DNA of 64,000 nucleotides from a virus. Taxonomy: Duplodnaviria > Heunggongvirae > Uroviricota > Caudoviricetes. Shown piece after piece: positions 59,863 through 64,000 of the stretch. The stretch lies in the IMG/VR virus record IMGVR_UViG_3300032007_000013; one strand, written 5' to 3'. The notes beneath the pieces are model-generated. The model was not told the DNA's origin, searched no databases, and saw only the letters and a list, made by a program, of their open reading frames with translations. Every line of letters begins with the position of its first letter. Within the stretch, counting starts at the first letter, position 1. The translations under genes and the position numbers were made by a program.

Positions 59863-60146
59863 TGAAAATTGACTTTTTACCAATAAATATTTATGTTCAT
59901 CGTAATGAAAAATTTTTTGCTAAAATACAATGGTTTTTATATAAACATTTTGATATGAAAAGAACTATTCCTTGCGGACAAACTAAAAAAAATAAATATT
60001 TATGGTGTGCTCAACCAACTGATGAAGAGCATTGCTATTATAGTAAAGAAGATAGAACAGAAGTCAGGTGTAAATGCTGTAATCAATTAAAAATAATGAG
60101 TAATCAACCTATTGACTTAAAAAAAATTTATGAAGAAGGCTTTTAA
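59862..60146 (+). CDS. Cys-rich small protein (94 aa)
   Basis: ORF. Confidence 0.4.
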   Translation: MKIDFLPINIYVHRNEKFFAKIQWFLYKHFDMKRTIPCGQTKKNKYLWCAQPTDEEHCYYSKEDRTEVRCKCCNQLKIMSNQPIDLKKIYEEGF

Positions 60147-60147
60147 C

Positions 60148-60176
60148 TTGACTTTAATTAAAAAATATGATATAAT
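60148..60176 (+). promoter_or_regulatory. sigma70-like promoter TTGACT-N17-TATAAT
   Basis: TTGACT 60148-60153, TATAAT 60171-60176. Confidence 0.5.
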
Positions 60177-60209
60177 ATAATATAAAAAAATTAAAATAGG
60201 AGAAATCTT

Positions 60210-60572
60210 ATGTTGAATGAATTATTAAGACGATGTTGGGCATGTCCAGTATGTGGGCGTATCCTATATCGTCCTTTAAAAGGTTATTGGTGTCCATTTT
60301 GTGGGCATAATTTATCTGCTGATGAATAGGAAGATAATTTAGATTTATCAACAAGAATTACTGCTCGTGATGAAAATGGAGTACCATATTATTGTGGAGA
60401 AAGAGGATTTAGACAAAGAACATATGCTCATGATATGGATGTAAATATTGTCGCAGAAATATTAGAAAAACTTTGTCAATATGAAGAAATTGAAGTTGAA
60501 AATGATAAAATTATTAATAAAATAATTGAATCAGGAAATAATGAAATAGAGGTAATAGAGGATGAAGGATAA
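60210..60572 (+). CDS. zinc-ribbon hypothetical protein (120 aa), 1 in-frame TAG
   Basis: CWACPVCG...CPFCG. TAA stop 60570-60572. Confidence 0.45.
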
Positions 60573-62487
60573 AACTTTATATACAGAAGAAAGTATCGAA
60601 TCTTTATCTCCATTGGCGTTTACTCGTTTAAGACCAGGAGTATACGCAGGTGATACGACATATGCTACACAATTGGCTGTCGAAATTTTTTCTAATGCTG
60701 TTGATGAATTTCGTCTTGGACATGGAGATAAGATTGATGTAGATATTAAAGGGCCAAGAGTAAGAATACGAGATTATGGGCAAGGTTTTATCCCTAATAG
60801 TTTTCGTGATGATGGAAAAACAATTCTTGAAGCAGCATTTAGTGTTTTAAATACTTCTGGTAAGTATCGTGAAGATGGTACCTATGAAGGTACTTCATTG
60901 GGTTCTTTTGGTATTGGTTCAAAGATTACAACTTATCTTTCACATTGGCTAGATGCTACTACTTTCCGAGATGGAGAATGGGAAACTGTCCATTTTGTAG
61001 AAGGTGAAACTTATAGCCATGATGGAGGAAAAATTAATCCTGCTGATATGGGAATTAGTACAGATACTACTGGCACAATAGTTGAATGGGAACCAAGTGA
61101 AGAATTTTTTACGCATCCAGGAGTAAATGTAAATGAATTAAAAACTTTATTTAAAACAATAGCTGCTTTATGTCCTGGATTAACTATTAATTTAGATGAT
61201 AATGGTAGTAAAACAACTTATTTTTCTAAAAACGGTATTAGTGATTTAGTTGATGAAGCAGTTGAAGGAAAAGAATTAATTAAAAATCGTTTTGTTATGA
61301 ATTATCAAAATGATAAAAATAAAATTGATATGGTTATGACATATACATCTAACTATTCAATGAATTTAATTCCTTATGTTAATACAGGTTTAACAGCAAA
61401 TGGCCCGCATATCTCACAGATTAAATCTCTTTTAACTCGTGAATTTAATAAATTTTTCCGTGATAAAAAATGGTTAAAGGAAAAAGAAGAAAATCTTTCT
61501 GGTGAAGATATACAAGAAGGACTTTATATTGTATTTAATATTACTGCTCCAAATGTAGCATATGACGCTCAGGTAAAGACAAGAGTCACTAAATTAGAAA
61601 TGACTCCTTTCACTTCAGCAATCGCAGAAGAACTTCGTATCTGGTTTATGGCAAATGAAAAAGATATTAAAATGATTGCTGACAAAGCATTAGGTGCTCG
61701 TAAAGCAAGACTGGCAGCTCAAAAAGCAAGAGATAATGCACGTGAAGGCCAGAAGAAGAAAGAGAAAGCTTTAAAATTTGATAGTAAATTAGCTGATTGT
61801 TATAGTAAAGATCGCAAGAAGTGCGAAATTTACATTACAGAGGGCGATAGTGCAAGTGGTAAATTAAAAGAAGCCAGAGACAATGAATTTCAAGCAATTA
61901 TGCCAGTCCGAGGTAAGATTTTAAATACTCAAAAAGCAACTATTGATAAAATACAGAAAAATGCGGAAATTATGTCAATGATTCAAGCTTTTGGTCTTGA
62001 AATTGATTTAAAAACAATGAAAGTGACATATCATCCAGATAAAATTCGATATGGGAAAATTATTATTATGAGTGATGCTGATGTTGATGGTGCTCATATT
62101 AAAAATTTGTTTTATACTTTTATTTGGAATTTCTGTCCTCAATTAATTCAAGATGGTTATATCTATGCTGGTGTCCCGCCACTTTATAAAGTTACAATGG
62201 CTAAAAAATATTATTATTTAAAGAATAATAATGCTTTAGAAGAATTTCGTAAGAAAAATGCTGGTAGGAATTACATTGTAAATCGTATGAAAGGTTTGGG
62301 TGAAATGGATGCTGAAGAAGTTGAAGAAACTTTAATTAGCCCAGAAGGTAGAATTATTCGTCAAGTTACTGTAAATGATATTCCAACTACTAATAAATTA
62401 TTTGATGATTTGATGGGCACAGCTGTAGTTCCACGTAAATTATATATTAAAGAACATAGTAAAGAGGCTACTTACAATGCAGAGTAA
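60562..62487 (+). CDS. type IIA DNA topoisomerase, ATPase/Toprim subunit (GyrB/ParE-like, T4 gp39-like), 641 aa
   Basis: GHKL ATPase N-terminus and Toprim motif EGDSASGKLKEARD. Confidence 0.75.
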   Translation: MKDKTLYTEESIESLSPLAFTRLRPGVYAGDTTYATQLAVEIFSNAVDEFRLGHGDKIDVDIKGPRVRIRDYGQGFIPNSFRDDGKTILEAAFSVLNTSGKYREDGTYEGTSLGSFGIGSKITTYLSHWLDATTFRDGEWETVHFVEGETYSHDGGKINPADMGISTDTTGTIVEWEPSEEFFTHPGVNVNELKTLFKTIAALCPGLTINLDDNGSKTTYFSKNGISDLVDEAVEGKELIKNRFVMNYQNDKNKIDMVMTYTSNYSMNLIPYVNTGLTANGPHISQIKSLLTREFNKFFRDKKWLKEKEENLSGEDIQEGLYIVFNITAPNVAYDAQVKTRVTKLEMTPFTSAIAEELRIWFMANEKDIKMIADKALGARKARLAAQKARDNAREGQKKKEKALKFDSKLADCYSKDRKKCEIYITEGDSASGKLKEARDNEFQAIMPVRGKILNTQKATIDKIQKNAEIMSMIQAFGLEIDLKTMKVTYHPDKIRYGKIIIMSDADVDGAHIKNLFYTFIWNFCPQLIQDGYIYAGVPPLYKVTMAKKYYYLKNNNALEEFRKKNAGRNYIVNRMKGLGEMDAEEVEETLISPEGRIIRQVTVNDIPTTNKLFDDLMGTAVVPRKLYIKEHSKEATYNAE

Positions 62488-62722
62488 TATTACAAAACTT
62501 CCAGATCATGATGGAAGTATGCGTTATCAAATTTTTTGTCCTAATTGTTCTTATTGGCTTTTTGGAGAAGATATTGGTAGTAAATATTGTCCTCATTGTG
62601 GAGTATCATTAATATGGGATTCTGAAAAAGAAAATTTATTTCATCAAACTAATTATGAACTTAGTTTAAAAGAATATATTTCATGTAAAGAACACCAGAA
62701 TAATAGAGGTATAAATAAATGA
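62477..62722 (+). CDS. zinc-ribbon small protein (81 aa)
   Basis: CPNCS...CPHCG. Confidence 0.45.
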   Translation: MQSNITKLPDHDGSMRYQIFCPNCSYWLFGEDIGSKYCPHCGVSLIWDSEKENLFHQTNYELSLKEYISCKEHQNNRGINK

Positions 62723-64000
62723 TAAGTGATATTCAATTTAATGATTTAACACAAGAATTAGGTGTAAATTTTATAGAGTATGCGGTAGCTGTAAATACGG
62801 ATCGTGCAATTCCTGATGCTAAAAGTGGTTTAAAACCAGTAGCAAGAAGAATTATTTATGATGCTTATGTAACTGGCTGTACTAATAATAAACCACACGT
62901 AAAATGTGCGGCAATTGTTGGAGATACGATGGGCCGTTTCCATCCTCATGGCGATAGTTCAATTTATGGAGCTTTAATTAGGATGTCTCAACCATGGTCT
63001 TTACGTTATCCATTAATAGATTTTCATGGTAATAATGGTAGCCGAGATGGCGATCCTCCAGCCCACTATCGTTATACAGAAGCAAGATTAGCAAAAATAA
63101 CAGAAGATGGCATGCTTGGCGGAATGAAAAAAAAGGTAGTTGATTTTATTCCTAACTATTCAGAATCAGAAGACGAACCAGCTACTTTACCATCCGTTTT
63201 TCCAAATTTACTTTGTAATCCAAATACTGGTATTGGAGTAGCTATTGCTTGTAACTGGGCTCCACATAATTTAAATGAAGTAGCACAAGCTATTAATGAT
63301 TATATAGACGGGAAAGAGCCAATGCTGCCTGGACCGGATTTCCCAACTGGTGGAATAATAATTAATAAAGATGATATTCCTAATATTATGAGAACTGGCC
63401 GTGGCAGTGTAAAAGTCCGTGGAAAATATCATATGGAAGATAATAATATTGTTTTTACAGAAGTGCCATATGGTGTTATTACAGAGCCTTTACTTGAATC
63501 TATTGGTGAATTATGTGATAGTGGAGAGATTCAAGGTATTACAAATATTCGTAATGAAAGTAATAGAAAAAAAGGTTATAGATTAGTTTTTGAATGTGCG
63601 AAAGATGCTAATATTTCTAAAATTATAATGTTACTTTTCCAAAAAACTGATTTACAATCTTCATTTTCTTATAACCAAGTTGCTTTAATAGACAAAACTC
63701 CTGTAGAATTAAATCTTAAAGATTGCTGCAAGATTTATGTTGAGCATAATACAGAATGCATTCGTAAAGAATTAACATTTGATCTCCAGAAAGCGAAAGA
63801 TAGATTAAATATTGTAAATGGTCTATTAAAAGCATTAGAAGATATTGATAATATTATTACTTTAATCAAAGCATCTGAAAGTAGTGCTAAAGCTCGTGAA
63901 AAATTAATTGAGAAATATAACTTTAATGAAGAGCAAGCTAAAGCAATTACTGATATGAGACTTGGTAAATTAGCTGGGTTAGAAAGAATAGAAATTGAAA
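62719..64000 (+). CDS. type IIA DNA topoisomerase, DNA-cleavage subunit (GyrA/ParC-like, T4 gp52-like), 3' end outside window
   Basis: AIPDAKSGLKPVARRIIY...HPHGDSSIYGALIRMSQPW...RYTEARL (active-site Tyr region). Confidence 0.75.
   Translation, partial: MISDIQFNDLTQELGVNFIEYAVAVNTDRAIPDAKSGLKPVARRIIYDAYVTGCTNNKPHVKCAAIVGDTMGRFHPHGDSSIYGALIRMSQPWSLRYPLIDFHGNNGSRDGDPPAHYRYTEARLAKITEDGMLGGMKKKVVDFIPNYSESEDEPATLPSVFPNLLCNPNTGIGVAIACNWAPHNLNEVAQAINDYIDGKEPMLPGPDFPTGGIIINKDDIPNIMRTGRGSVKVRGKYHMEDNNIVFTEVPYGVITEPLLESIGELCDSGEIQGITNIRNESNRKKGYRLVFECAKDANISKIIMLLFQKTDLQSSFSYNQVALIDKTPVELNLKDCCKIYVEHNTECIRKELTFDLQKAKDRLNIVNGLLKALEDIDNIITLIKASESSAKAREKLIEKYNFNEEQAKAITDMRLGKLAGLERIEIE

Noticed and set aside
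1-64000. TGA or TAA recoding
   Set aside because: Every reconstructed gene ends at TAA or TGA (e.g. tail fiber TGA, 12764 TGA, GT8 40915 TGA, lysin TGA), and none requires read-through of these codons. Only TAG is reassigned.
1-64000. CRISPR arrays, integrase/attachment sites, transposases
   Set aside because: No spacer-repeat arrays were seen. The repeats are promoter copies or in-gene duplications. No integrase, recombinase or IS transposase homolog was found. The segment looks lytic and non-integrative.

Overview
This AT-rich (~30% GC) 64-kb window looks like a lytic tailed-phage genome segment in which TAG is read as a sense codon. I hand-translated conserved enzymes (HNH endonuclease 2800-3528, RuvC 10263-10754, dUTPase 9594-10250, GIY-YIG 34435-35265, PhoH 55189-56415, a radical-SAM/SPASM protein, two GT8 glycosyltransferases, an 819-aa lysin and a ~1640-aa tail fiber). 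All are interrupted by in-frame TAG codons sitting at positions where Gln fits conserved motifs. TAA and TGA still terminate genes, so this is TAG->Gln recoding (translation table 15-like). Because of that, the standard-code ORF track splits many real genes, and I merged fragments across TAG. The window encodes its own tRNA set: Gln(UUG), Gln(CUG), an amber-suppressor Gln-like tRNA with anticodon CUA, Lys(UUU), a Leu(UAA) tRNA split by a ~375-nt group-I-like intron, a tRNA with a ~49-nt hairpin inserted in the anticodon loop, and degenerate tRNA-like elements. A ~0.9-kb ORF-free, GC-richer, structured region sits directly after the tRNAs. Genes split into TAG-free and TAG-rich sets. The TAG-free set holds RNA ligase, Thg1-like, P-loop kinases, metallophosphoesterases, a Pol-beta nucleotidyltransferase, a TROVE/vWA-like protein, a PurA-like protein and topoisomerase II. 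The TAG-rich set holds structural genes, the lysin, homing-endonuclease-like genes, the rSAM+GT8 cluster and the permease. Other notable content: an RNA-repair/tRNA-maintenance toolkit, a radical-SAM/SPASM plus two-GT8 glycosyltransferase module, a PurA-family (possible PurZ) gene, an NCS2 nucleobase permease, a 4-member family of zinc-ribbon/DUF559-like endonucleases, a holin-lysin pair, and a sigma70-like promoter (TTGAAA-N17-TATAAT) copied at least 17 times. The host is probably a low-GC Firmicute-like bacterium, judged from the TTGACA/TATAAT promoters and AGGAGG ribosome-binding sites. Coordinates of TAG-merged genes were derived by hand and may be off by a few nucleotides.
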